From: Peribolospora baueri
Taxonomy: Eukaryota
Length of the DNA stretch: 64,000 nucleotides
Assembly (NCBI GenBank): GCA_029717555.1
Contig: JAMDHS010000061.1
Span: 62,001 to 126,000, forward strand
Direction: 5' to 3'
The notes beneath the pieces were generated by a model that worked only from the letters and a program-made list of their open reading frames with translations, was not told the DNA's origin and made no database searches. How positions within the stretch are numbered: the first letter of the stretch is position 1; every line of letters begins with the position of its first letter. Positions 1 to 12,375 of this stretch are shown piece after piece. The position numbers and the translations under genes were made by a program.

Positions 1-1350
1 CTCGTGCTGATTTTGCCAGGCCTCTTCTTCGGCTTCACTGCCCCTTTCGTCTGGAGACACATCAGCCCGGCTGCGGTGGTGGTGTTCGCGTACGTGTGCG
101 CCGTTACGTGGAGCAGCATGCTCATCACGGCCTGGAGGGACCCTGGCGTGCTTCCGAGGAATTTGGATCCTGACCCCCCCACCTCTACCGGTAATGGGGC
201 GGATGACGATCCACTAGCTGTTCCTCTCCCGAGGATAATGAGGGTCAAGGACGTAGACGTCAAGGTCAAGTGGTGTGAGACTTGTGGCACTTTTAGGGCG
301 CCTCGGAGCAGTCATTGTAGACTTTGTGATAACTGCGTCGGTGAGTTATAGCTGGTAACAGTTAGGAATAGCTCAACTGGGGACCGGCGGAGGCGCCTTG
401 GGATTTAGCACCGAGTCAACCCGCTCACTCGGGTCGCTACTGGCTGCTTCATTCTTTCGCGATGTTTCCCTCACGCTTCTTTGATATGCTGCGCCGCAGA
501 GAACATCGGTAGGTACCTGCGGCTGGGTAACGGCTCCCTCCTTACGAGCTGCGCCTCGTTCTACGTGCTCATGGGCTTTCTTCGATCATATCCACCTCAG
601 ACCACCATTGCACCTTCCTCAACACCTGCATTGGCCGGCGCAACTATCACTCCTTCATCGCGTTCCTCCTTGCGTCCCTTGTAGCCATATGGCTCTGCAT
701 TGCCCTCTGCATCCTGCATCTTTACTATTTGACCAGACCTCCCACAGAAAAGCTCCCAGGCGGAGGCTTCGGCAGCGGGTACGATTTCAGAGAGGCACTG
801 AAGCACGGGCCTATCAGCGCTGTGCTCGTCGTTCTTTGCGCCATCACCATGTGTCCGATGTTGGCCCTGTCCGGGTACCACCTCCGTCTCATTTGGCTTA
901 ACCGGACGACCGTCGAGCAGGTAAGAGAGCGAGCGAAGCGAGCCTCATCCGCTTTTCGTTCAGCGTCATCGTTGAGGCAAGCCCCTGACGAATTTGCTCC
1001 TCCTTGAACGCATCTCGACCGACTTCCTCCAGCTCCGACTCAACGCGTCTCATTCGCTCTCAGAAAAGCACCTTCCCAACGCGCAGCGCAACCCGTTCGC
1101 TCTCCCCAATCCCTTTCGCAACATTCTCTGGTCGCTTTGCCGGCCCGTGTCGTATAGCTGGATCGAGAGAACGCAGTGGGCTACGGAAGACGACAGGAGG
1201 GAGAATCCGGGCTGGGGGGAGATGGTAAAGGCAGATGGGTGGGAGGAGGAGAGGGAGAGGGAGAGGGAGGAGCTGGAAACGCTTGAGCGGAAGAAAAGAT
1301 TAGAGGAAGAGGGGGGAAATGGCGCTGTCGATCCTGGCCTAGCTGCATAG
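1..1350 (+). CDS. ERF2: DHHC palmitoyltransferase, Erf2/ZDHHC9-like (5' part outside window; exons ~1-340, 500-508, 601-920, 1031-1350)
   Basis: Contains DPGVLPRNLD and KWCETCGTFRAPRSSHCRLCDNCV. Splicing reconstitutes [27 protein letters not shown], followed by TM segments, NRTTVEQ and RNPF. Stop TAG at 1348-1350. Confidence 0.9.
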
Positions 1351-1932
1351 GGCACCATGGCGTCGCAAGGACTCTCAGATGCAGTCCGTCCCTGTTACTG
1401 AAGCCCATTCCATTCCGCTGTTTCTTGTCTTGCCGCCTCGCCGCCGGTTGGGATTTTTGTCGTTCAGCTTCCCTTACGTATCTGACCTATTTCGCTCCGT
1501 CCTTCGCCTTCCTCCCCCCCCCCCTCCCTCTTTTCTCCTACATTGCGGCTAATCATGTTAATGCTCCATTCCCTATGGCCATTCTAGCTTTAGCTTTCCC
1601 CCCTCAGGGTGGTCGCTCAGAGAGTATTTCGTTTCCGACATCCTTCCATGTCTTTTTTTTTCTGATGCTAGCTCCCGAGAACCCTTTGTCCACCTATCCG
1701 GTGCAATCAGCGGAACGGGTCTTGATGAAATAAGGATGGACTGGTATATTGCGAGCAAGAAAAGCAAAGAAGCGGGCGGGCGATGGAGATTACGAGGCTG
1801 CGTGCGACCGACGCCGAAACACATCCACCCATGTCAGACGGCACGGCACGGCTTGCGCCCCAGCGCGAACGTGGAAGGGGGCAAAACGCCGACTTGGGCT
1901 GGCGAATAGGGAGATAAGATGGGGCGAATTCG

Positions 1933-4900
1933 TTATGCGAAAGGATCAAACTCTCCCAAGTCGTTCTTCTCGCGTCCTCCTCCTCCACCTCCGGCACTGG
2001 CGCCGGTCTTAGTCGGTTGCAGCACGCTCCCGCTTGACCAGCCCGGCGGCGGGGCGATCTGTGACTTTGCGTTGATGGCGTTGGCGCTCGCATTCGATGT
2101 GGGCTGAGAAGGTGGAGACGCTTGAAGCGGTGGCGGAAATGTGGCCGGGGGACTGTTGCCCGTGCTGGAGATGAGAGTGGCGAGGGAGGAGGAGGTCGGG
2201 TTGAGCGGAGGAAAGCCGCCAGCGGATGTGAGCGCGGCTCCCGTCGGAGGGGGTGGCGGAGAGAGGGAGAGGTTGTAGTTCGGTATCGGTCGAGTGGAGG
2301 AGGCAGAGATGGAGGAAGTGGCGGCCGAGGTGCTACCCCCCTTGCTCGGTGGCGGAGAGAGGGCGGGCACGCTTGTGTCTGTCGACGAGGATCGGGCGCT
2401 CATGGAAGGCGCCATGGGCTCCCAAGCGGGCCAGTCGCCCATGCCCGAAGACTTGGGTGCCACAGAAGCGGCGGAGATGGGGTCCGGAAGGAAAGCGCCA
2501 GAGTTGAAGGCGGATGACGGCATGGGCTTGGCTCCTAATCGGAGTGACGAGCCTGGTCGGGAACCGGTGGCGGTCGGGGAGAGAGCTGGCGTGCCGGCGC
2601 GTGAAGTCGGATTCGAGTCGACCTGCAGCGGTTCGGGGGAGCAAACGTGGGACGAAAACGTACCGTCTCAGTCCTGCCTGCTTGCCTGTTTGCCTGCCTG
2701 CCATCCCTTTAACCCACTCACGCAAGCCAAGCAAACTTGAACCGAAACTCACAAAGGAACCGTTGTCCAACCCGAAAGGGTCTTTATCGCTGGCAACAGA
2801 GCCCTGAGGCACGTTACCTCGAACCAACGTCTCAAAATCTATGTCCCCTCCGCCGCCGGTCGCTGTGCCGTTCGGGTCTTGACCCGTTGAGGCCGTGCGG
2901 CTATACGATTGGGCATGTTCCTCGAGGCGCTTTACTTCGCGGAGGTGCCTCAGGTGCTCGTCTTCCACTCGCGCGCCCATCTCCTTCACGGCCTTCATAA
3001 AGCGTGCGAACTGGTCGGCGTTGAGGAGCGGACCCTGTGGACGGAGACGAGAATGCGCGAATATTCAGCATTCCGGGGTTTAAAGAGAAAGCGGGGGCAA
3101 AAAAAGGTGAAAAAAGAAAAAGGTACGACAGCGCTGAACTCACCATCGACATAGTCCACAGCTGCGGGATGATCATCGTCGCCAGCGCTTCCCTGTCGAC
3201 TTTGGCGCTCATGGCCTCGTGAACGGCGAGCGTAGCGATCTTTGGGCGCACAAACAGAAAGGGGAGATGATCAGCGACCGCGACGACGCGACACGACACG
3301 GAGAAAAAAAAAGCGCAGACTCGGGTATGGCCCTCACCATGACCGACGGCTCCTTCGTCTTGATCCGCGCAAGGACAGGGGCGAGCTTCTCAGTGAGAGT
3401 GTACTAAATCACAAAGCCGCACCAATCGAATCACGTCAGTGCCTTCTTCACCCGGTGAGACTCGCAATCGCAACGCAAGGCATCCCTCCCCCTCCCCCTC
3501 CCCGCAACGCCAAACCGTCTACGCACCTTGTCCAGCACGGGGACCATGGAATGGAAACAGATGAGCGTGTTACATTTGACGCTCAACACTTTGGTCTTGG
3601 AGAAGACGTTGGAAATCTTGGGAAAGAGAGTCTCCTTGACGTGCGAATACTCCAAGTACTCGCACAACTGGGGGACCGCCTTGAGCGCTCGCTCTTGGAT
3701 TTGCGGAAGCTCGGCTTCGAGGGCAGCGTAGACAAGGGGCATGATGTCTACATGAACAAGAGCAAGGCGGCGCGGGGGGAAGGGAGGGTAAGCAACCGGT
3801 GGTGTGACGAACAACGAGCCACCAGTCCAGGGAGGAGGGGCAGATGAAGCGCTCCGACTCACCTTCTCGAAACGCCGTCGGGCTCGTCTTGTCCCGGAAC
3901 AAAGTGATGTTGTCGAGAAGGATGAGCATACTCTGCGGCGGATCCTGTACGGTGAAGATGGGCTTGAGCTTGGGGAGGACGGTCTTCATGAACTCGATGG
4001 AAGCTGGTCGTGAAAACAAAAAAAGTCGAAGGGTGGCCGTACGGCACGATACGTAGTAGACAGGGTGAGCCAGCTGAGGTCAGTAGACAGCTCATGCGAG
4101 TTCCGAACACAACACTCACACAGCGCCTGAGAGATGAGGAAGACATTGGGAAGGATGAACGGGAGCAGAGTCCGATCCTGCATCGTCTCGAGCAAGCTCG
4201 GCAACACCTTCCTCCTCTGCACCCGGTCGCTGAACTGGGGCAAGACCTTCTGGAGACCTTTGAGGAACGAGCCTTTTTCCTCCTTGGTGCGACTGGCGAA
4301 ACTCTCCCGCTCGAGGAACTTGAGCGTGGAGACGAGGATGTTGTTGAAGTACGAGCTCTGCTGGAAGGTGGCCGCTGTGAGGCGGGAGGAAGGGTAGCGG
4401 GTGATGAGGGAGGAGAGCAAGCCCCGCACGTCGCTGCCCAGACGCTGCCAGGAAGCCGAGGAGGTGACTTGGGAAAGCTGATCGACGTTTTGCCGGAGGG
4501 ATTGAACCGAGTTGTGGTTGTAGAACGGAGGTCGGCCTTTAGAGTGCACCGCGAAGACAAGGCAGCCCAAAGCGTAGAGGTCGTTGGCGGGAAGAAGCTG
4601 CTCGTCTATTCCGTATCTGCGCGTGGGGAAGTATCAATCCCGGCGTCAGATCTCTTCTCGGCTTTTCGGGGACGCAAGGCGGGTTATAAGGACGGGAAGA
4701 GACGCTATACCCACTCGGGGGCCATGTAGTCAAAGTTCTTCGAAATCTGCGGCGGCAGCGAAGGGTCATAGTCCGGGAAAGTCCACGGCGTAGGCGAGCC
4801 ATCGGGTTGATTGAGGTACGTCCCAAAGCCGAAGCCTCCAATCTTCCAGTCTCCCTGAGGGTAGTGAGGGAGGGGAAGGCGAATCAGCGTCGCATATACC

Positions 4901-5993
4901 AGCAGCGCTACCCTCGCTCAAGCACTGGAAACGAGAAGGACGAGGTCACCTTTGCGTTGATCAGGATCGCGTCGGGCGTGAGATTGGAATGCACCAGTTT
5001 GGCAGAGTCGTGCAAAAACTGGAGACCTCGTGCGACTTGTAGCAAGCCTTTTTGAATCTGAGATTCACCAACACAGCAGGGCGGGGCGGGTTAGCAGGGA
5101 GGTGTGAAGTCGGCAACATTCAATCAGGAAGCGGTCCTGGATGCCGGTCTGTGTGTGACCAAAGCTCACCTCGACCTCGTCCAATTCCACTACACCGGCA
5201 GTACCGGGGATACCACCGCCGGGCGATCGTCGACCATCATTGACAAGCGTGCCGTAGAGGGAGGCGACCACGGGTTCTGTCGCGAATGTGAGTTCGGATC
5301 TGGCGGTGCAAAGACATGAGCAGCCGTCCGTTTGAGAGACGGGGGAAGACGGTGACTGACCTCGTTTCCTCTAATGGTTCGACCACTTCGAGAATGCAGG
5401 GATGTCGGAGCCGGGAGAGCGAAGAGGCCTAAAGGAGGACGAGGGAAGGGAAAGAAAGAGCGACTGTGAGGATACGATCCGGGACATTGTCGGGAATGCC
5501 TTGATGACCATCCATCCATTCATCCTTGGATGCTTTCCGGCAGATACGCTCAGAAACTGACCTCCTTCTTGAGCACTTCGACCACCCTCTCCCTCGCCTT
5601 TCCTTTGGCGTTCACCGAGTGCACCCACACGCTGACTACCTGTCCGGTGGTGTTTCGGGTCGCCTTGTGTACTCGCCATAGACCGACGTTGGCTCTGTGG
5701 GAGAAAGGAAAGGGCGAGGGGTGAACAAGATGGGATGGAGGGGCACGAGAGGGTTGGCATGGGCGCGCTCACGGAGGCGTCTCATGGTCAATGGTATAGT
5801 TGGAGCTGAGTTGGGTGCGATTCCTGATGGAGGGCGATGGGGGGACGATCAGAAACAATTGAAAAGGAAGAGCGAGCCGAGTCGGCGAGCTTGAGCGCAC
5901 GGACCCCCCCTGGTGACGGGGGAGCAGGGTCGAGGTCGTGGAGGTCAGTCACACTCACAGGTAGGACTGAGCGGCGCTGAGGAAGGACGCCAT
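1933..5993 (-). CDS. SCY1: SCY1/SCYL2-like pseudokinase with HEAT repeats (multi-exon)
   Basis: ATG at 5993 (MASFLSAAQSY). Exon peptides include ELDEVEIQKGLLQVARGLQFLHDSAKLVHSNLTPDAILINAK and GDWKIGGFG (degenerate HRD/DFG), SSYFNNILVSTLKFLERESF, LQKVLPQFS, and a low-complexity tail ending DLGEFDPFA. Confidence 0.88.
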
Positions 5994-8105
5994 AGGTGGC
6001 GACGGCTGTACGGGCGGCTGAAGCAGCGCAATCTGTCGACGCTCTGGAGAAAGAGAAGCAGGGCTGAGGGCAAAGGTGGGGGTGACGGAGTCGGCCGTGC
6101 GAAGATACGAATCTTCTTGTTTCGTCCACCGCTTCGCCTCCCCTCGCCTCGCACGGACAGCTCGAACCGCACTGCGCTCTTCCCCCCATCGGATGCCACG
6201 TGATCAGCAGCACGTGACCAGCATCGCCGCAGCGTGTCCTTTCATGTGCGCGCATGTGCGCGTTCCCACGCTGGTCCAACATCCGTGCGAGGACGCGGGT
6301 TGGCGGATGTACGTTGACGTCAGCAGCGGGAACAGGCTGTCGTGCCATGCTGCGGCTGCGGCTGCGGGTCGAGTTGCGCTCGGCTCTCTGCGGCTCGTCT
6401 GCGGTGGACGTTGATCGAACTTGCATCTTGCACCACCTCGGCGGTCGCCTCTTGCAGGCTCTGGGAGGGGTGAGCGAGGATGGGGGTCGGTCGGGCGAGC
6501 GGCCCACTGCTCCCGTCGCATGGGGAGGCAGAGAGAGTGCATCTGAGGGACGGTAGAGACTGTGAGTCAAGTCGGGCCGCGAGCGCATTCCCAAACAGCT
6601 TGGCGCCGGGAAAAATTGATCCCGTGCGGACTGGGTCTGAGGTCCCGGCGCCAGAACCGACCTTTCTCCACTACGCCAAACCGACCTTTCTCCACAATGC
6701 CCGAATGTTCCGCTTCCAGACGCGCAGCGTCGAGCGTCGCAAAGCTGGGGACCCACGGGGGCGTCTCGAGCGGGACGGAGGCTGTTCGCCGGTGGCCATC
6801 GTGGCGCTTTCCGCCCGCCGTCGACCTCCGTGCCCCCTCGTCCCCGTCCCACCGCCTCTCGCTTGTGCCGGGACCGACATTGATCGTTGATGCGACCTGC
6901 CGGCTGGACTGGACGGCGGCGATGCAGCACAACTGCACGCCTGTGTCAGATCTTGCGCCTTCCCGTTCCTCTCTCTCTCTCGCGACGACTCCTCCTCGCC
7001 CGCTCAGCACGTCCTGCCCTCCGCCCCCGCCGTTCTGCCGCCGGCGCCGCGCATGAGGTTGCAGGTGGTAGAGCCGCGTCTGCTGGAGCCAGTCAGGTCG
7101 GGTTGGTCAGCCAGTCGTAGTCGTCCTGACGGATATGCCATGCGTCTCCACTGTCTGTGTGTCTCTTTCGACACCGAGCCTGCTTGCCTCGCCACGCTTT
7201 CTGCGTACTCCTCCTCCTGCGGTGCAAAGTGGTTGCATCGCAGGCAAGCGCCGGGCGTGGCGTGGTGGCGTCCAGGTGGGCCGTGTCCTTCGTGCCGCGG
7301 CCGCGCTTCCAGCGGCATGCGACGAGTTGATGCGATGCGCGGGCAGACCGGCCTATCTAGGTGGGTTGTGTTGTGTTGCGTTGTGTGCCTTGTCTTGTCT
7401 TGCTTGCCTTGCCTTGCCCTGCCTTGCTCTTGCTTACTCGTGCTCGTGCTTTGCCAGGTGTCGTGGCGAATGCAGCCGAGCACACCCGCCGGCTAGAATA
7501 GACAAGGCACACACACCGCGCAAAACCCTGCTTTGCCTCCGCCTCCATCGTTCGCCACGGTAACCTAGTTCCGTTGGGAAGGACTAGGTAGACGAGAGGC
7601 GACCCTACCTTGGTACGCTCTTCGCCCTCGTTCCTGCACGAAGCAAAGCAATACTGTATGTGCGTATCCGCGGGCTTATACTTGTGACTTCGCGCGCGCC
7701 ACGCTTATGCCGGCTCCAGCCCCAAGTTGTACGCCCAACCGCAGGTTCCGCTCCCTCCGTCCCTGTTCTCTTCCTCCGGCGGGCCCCTACCTCATCTCCT
7801 CGTCTCCTTTCCTCCTCCCCAGATGGCCCTCGCCGCGTTCGCTCCGTCGCTCTGTCGTGCGACCGCCGCGTGGGTGCGACCCAACCCCGGACGGGTCCTC
7901 ATCCACATCCATAAAAGGCCCACCCCGCGTTCACCCAACACCGCCTCCTCCTCCTCCTCCTCCTCGTCCCCCTTCGCCTTCCAGCCGGCCCCTCCAGCTC
8001 TGGCTTACGCTTCACGTCCATAGATCGTCCTCGTTTAGACGGTATCCCTCTTTATTCCTCTCTTTCTTCCTCTTCCTTTCCTTCGACACCCCCTTCTACC
8101 CCACC

Positions 8106-11099
8106 ATGGACACCCCCTCCGCCAACGAAAAGGCGCCCAGTGACTCTGGCGAGAACATCAAGGCGGCCGCCCAGGTCGAGCACCATGGCGACGCCACTGA
8201 GAAGGGCCACGCGCACCACGCCGGTAGGCTCAGCTTGGAGGTCGGCGCTCTTGTGAGTAGGCTCGCTTCCTCGGTCGGCCGCCGCTTGGAACGAACGAAG
8301 GGGCCTGTCTGACATATCGCATTTCACCCACCGACCCGCATTGCATTCGCTCGTGCCCGCCTCTATAGCAAAAGCTCTCTCAGAAGCTCGACAACCCCTT
8401 GCTCGGCAAGACGAGGGAGGAACTTGTCTCCGACGCAGAGGCCTTCTGCAACCTCGTCGGCCTGCAGGAGCACGGTGAGCCCTCTTCGCCGTCCCTTTCT
8501 TTCGTTTGGCCTTGGACGCCTTGCTGATCGTTACGTTCGCGCCGCTGCCCACCGCTCTCTCTCTCGCAGTGAATGACTTCCGCCGCGGTGCCATCCTTGC
8601 CTCTGACCCGAAAAACTTTGACGCCGTGCCCGACCTGACGGAAGAAGAGCGCGAGGTGCTGTTGAACGAAAGGGTGCACAAGTGGAAGCAGCCCTGGACG
8701 ATCTACTACATCGCCGTCATCTCCTCCCTCGCCGCCGTCGTCCAGGGTATGGACGAGTCCGTCGTCAGTGAGTCCACCACAATCTTTTCTCCAAGGCCGC
8801 ACCGCCCTCCCCTTCCGACCGACACTGACGCTCGCCCTCCTCCTGCCCCCCCACAGACGGCGCTCAGATCTTCTACTACGACCGGTTCGGCATCACAGAC
8901 AATGCCAACATCCAGGGTCTCGTCAACTCTGCCCCGTACCTCTGCTGCGCCGTGTGAGTCCTCGAGCATGTCTTCCGGCGACCGGCACGTTTGGCTGACC
9001 AAGTTCCCCCTTCTCTCGCCTCGACCGACAGCTTGTCCTGCTGGCTCACCGAACCCCTGAACCGCTGGCTCGGTCGCCGAGGCACCATCTTCTGGTCCTG
9101 CGTCATTGCCGGTCTCGCCTCCATCTGGGAGGCGTTCACCTACTCTTGGCTCCAGCTCTTCTGGGCTCGTTTCGTCCGTGAGTCCTCCGCCGCCCTTCGA
9201 TGGCCCGACGTGGTCTGCCATCCGCTCACCCACTGTCTCTCTTCCTTCCTTCTTTGGCGCACTCTGAATAGTCGGCCTCGGCATCGGTCCCAAGTCCGCC
9301 ACCGCACCCATCTACACCGCCGAGTGCGCCCCCGCCCCCATTCGAGGCGCCCTCGTGATGCAGTGGCAGATGTGGACCGCCTTCGGCATCGCTCTTGGCG
9401 ACATCGTCTCCGTCATCTTTGCCGACGTGACGCCCAACACCGCTTGGAGGCTGTGAGTAAGGGCGCAGAAGCGGCGAGGCGGAGCGCTCATCCTCCCTCA
9501 TTTCTTGCGCTCATCCTCGTCTTTTCTTTGTCTCTTCTCGATCGAAGGATGCTTGGCTCGACCGTCTTGGCTCCCATCTTCGTCTGCCTCATGATCTACT
9601 TCGGCCCAGAGTCTCCTCGTTGGTGTAAGTCCATTCCACCTTTTCACCCCCAGCCTTCGTCTGGTTAGCGGCCGCCGGCCGCTCTTGCAGATCGGATCAT
9701 CTCACCCGAGCCTCCCGTCCGCGCCCATGACTCTCGCAGACGTCAAGAAGGGGCGCCACGTCGACGCCTATAAGTCCATGTGCCGTCTTCGCTACAACAG
9801 GCTGCAGGCGGCGCGTGACCTGTACTATATGAGTGAGTCAACCACTTGGAGAAAGGTCATCTCCAGCGCTGCTCCTTCCCGCTAAAAACGATACCCGTCT
9901 ACGCGCAGACGTCCTGATTGAGGCCGAGGCCGAGGCGACCAGAGGTCGCAACCTCTTCGCCGAGCTGTTCACTGTCCCTCGCGTTCGCCGTGCCACCCAA
10001 GCTTCGGCCCTCGTCATGTTCATGCAGCAGGTGCGATACCGTTTCTTCCTTCTCGTCGTTCTCTGGCTCGCCGTCCGCGACCATCACGAGAATCTTGGCG
10101 CTGATCTCTCGTCCTCTGCCTCCTTCAACGATTTTCGCGCCTCGCTTCAAAAAACAGTTCTGCGGTGTCAACGTGATCGCGTACTACAGCTCCCAGGTCT
10201 TCAAGGCGGCCGGACGCTCGTCCAAGGAGGCCATCCTGCTCACCATGGGCACCGGTCTCGTCAACTGGATCTTCGCCATCCCGGGCCTGTTCACCATCGA
10301 CACGTTCGGACGTCGAAACCTGCTCCTCACCACCTTCCCCATGATGTCCGCCTGCCTCTTGCTCACCGGCTTTGGTTTCTGGATTCAAGACCTCAATGGA
10401 AGGACGGCTCTCGTTGGCACGGGCATCTACCTCTACATGGTCGCTTACTCGCCCGGTGAAGGCCCGGTGCCGTTCACCTACTCCGCAGAGGCGTTCCCGC
10501 TCTACATCCGTGACATTGGCATGTCTTGGGCCACCTGCGTCTGCTGGCTCTTCAACTTGTGAGTCGTCATCCCGCGGAGGCGGGTTTGTTACGTGTGGTA
10601 TTGGAAACTTGCGGTGCGTGGCGTCATCGGACCTTGCCCGACTGACCACCTCTCTCTCTCAATCTCTCATCTCCGCGGAACGCAGCGTGCTCTCCATCAC
10701 TTTCCCGCTTCTCCTCAAAGCCTTCAAGCCCCAGGGCGCGTTCGGCTGGTACGCCGCTTGGTGCATGATCGTGAGTGCGGACTACATATGCGAAGAGAGC
10801 CGGTCGGCGACGCTCGACTGTGCTAGTGCGGACCTCGATGGGCTAATGATGGCGATCGTCTTCTCTTTGTCCTCCCCAACCCGACCGACCAACAGGGCTG
10901 GGTTGTCATCCTCCTCACGCTCCCCGAGACCAAGGCACTGACGCTCGAAGAGCTCGACCTGGTCTTCTCGGTGCCCACGTCCACCCACGCCTCGTACCAG
11001 ATCAAGAACACCGTCTGGCACATCCGCAAGTGGTTCTTCCGCCAGAAGCTCGAGCCTCTCCCGCCTCTGTACGCCTTCCACGGCTTGCTCGAGTCATGA
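8106..11099 (+). CDS. MFS sugar-porter family transporter (myo-inositol/polyol-transporter-like), paralog A, about 11 introns
   Basis: Motifs AAVVQGMDESVVNGAQ, GIGPKSATAPIYTAECAPAPIRGALVMQWQMWTAFGI, PESPRW, MQQFCGVNVIAYYS, IDTFGRRNLLL, YSPGEGPVPFTYSAEAFP and PETKALTLEELD. Stop TGA at 11097-11099. Confidence 0.93.
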
Positions 11100-11501
11100 G
11101 GGGCGCGAGCGCAAGCGTGGACTACCGGTCTCTTTTCTCTCTCCTCTCCCGCGACGGACGGAGGGACGAACGGGACGGATGGGGAGGGCAATCCGTCCCC
11201 CCCCCTTTCGATCTTTCTCTCCCCGGTCGTTTCTTGTTTCGTCTCATTTTTCGTTCTCGCTTCATACCGTCCCCCGACTCTCGTCGTTTTTACCCCGCCC
11301 GTATCACTCCCTCGCTCCTCCCTCGTTGTCGCTCCGTCGTTCTTCCCCCCTCCCTCCCTCCCTCCACTCTTTCGCCTCGCCTCGCGTTCTCTCCCGCTAG
11401 ACCTGGCCGGCCTTCTAATAAAGATCGATGGATGATGATATCCCGCGCCGCTGTCACCATCCTTCCTTCCTTTCTTCCTTCCGATCCGGTTCGCGGAGAA
11501 A

Positions 11502-11789
11502 CCAAGGTGCTTTCTGCACGTCTGGACGGTATACACCACCACCAGAGCGTCGTTCAACGAGGACACCGCACTGACGATCACCCGGGAGCTCGGGTGACAG
11601 ATGCTCTTTGTCGCCGAACTTGCCGCTCAGTTCCAGTGGCCCTCGGTCATTGCTTACCACCCCGCCGTCCGTAGCAAGAACTACCAGAGCGCCGAGTTCT
11701 GTCCCAAGGCCGCCAACCTCTGCGGCTGCGCTATGCGCCAGCAAGATTACAGTTCAGCGTCGCCGACGGCCGCGGCGCCGAAGAAATGA
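11502..11789 (+). pseudogene. Interrupted ORF fragment, possibly a retroelement (DIRS/Ngaro-type gag-like) relic
   Basis: One frame reads PRCFLHVWTVYTTTRASFNEDTALTITRELG*QMLFVAELAAQFQWPSVIAYH with an internal TGA at 11595-11597. The W-x-V-Y...F-x-W-x-x-V-x-x-Y-H pattern recalls fungal YR-retrotransposon ORF1 proteins (from memory only). Confidence 0.3.
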
Positions 11790-12212
11790 GGGGTATCGAG
11801 CGCGGCGCCGCGCCCTAATCTTGTTCGGCGTCGCTAGCCCGTGGCAGGGCGATCGGGGACGTCAACGTTTTCTCCTTGGCCCGCTGCCACGTCGTTTATT
11901 TTTGGACGTACATTCGCTGCGTCCTGGTACGTTGCAATCGAGCTCTCTCACTCCCGGCGTGATCGAGTAATACAATATCCTGCAGGGCGTGGGGAGTAGT
12001 TTGGCTTTCCCATGCGCCCATCCGGGGTCGAAACCGAAACCGAACACGAGCAGCGAGCCCGACAAACGACTCGTTGACTCAGAGCGCTCAGACTCCGACA
12101 CCGTACGCAGGCTCTCACCTGGGCGGCGAGGGAGGGAACGGCTTTTGCAAACGACGAGGCCGCAGCGGACGCGGAGACGGGCGCGTCGTGCAAGGTGAAA
12201 GAAACGACCACC

Positions 12213-12331
12213 TTCGATGGCAAGTCGTTTACCGGCCGCCCGTTTGCCCACTCATTAAACCGTGGGAGGCTCATGTTTACGAAGAAGGTATGGGCACACC
12301 CGCACCGTTCGGTAAACGACTTGCCATCGAA
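12213..12331. repeat. Inverted repeat/hairpin with a perfect 22-bp outer stem
   Basis: TTCGATGGCAAGTCGTTTACCG (12213-12234) is the exact reverse complement of CGGTAAACGACTTGCCATCGAA (12310-12331). Inner TGCCCA/TGGGCA and TAAAC/GTTTA stems. Confidence 0.9.
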
Positions 12332-12375
12332 CGAGCTGCCGCCGAGACACTAGTGCACATCCTTTGAATTTGGCC

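Noticed and set aside
7365..7450. Degenerate pentamer tracts upstream of both transporter paralogs (also ~17680-17765) as a shared regulatory element
   Set aside because: The units differ (TTGTG/CTTGC versus CTGTG/CTATG) and similar microsatellites are scattered through the window, so homology is unsupported.
5788..7560. Several long overlapping ORFs (up to 380 aa) between SCY1 and transporter A
   Set aside because: R/P/A/S-rich translations typical of GC-rich non-coding DNA; no domain motifs or coherent splice pattern.
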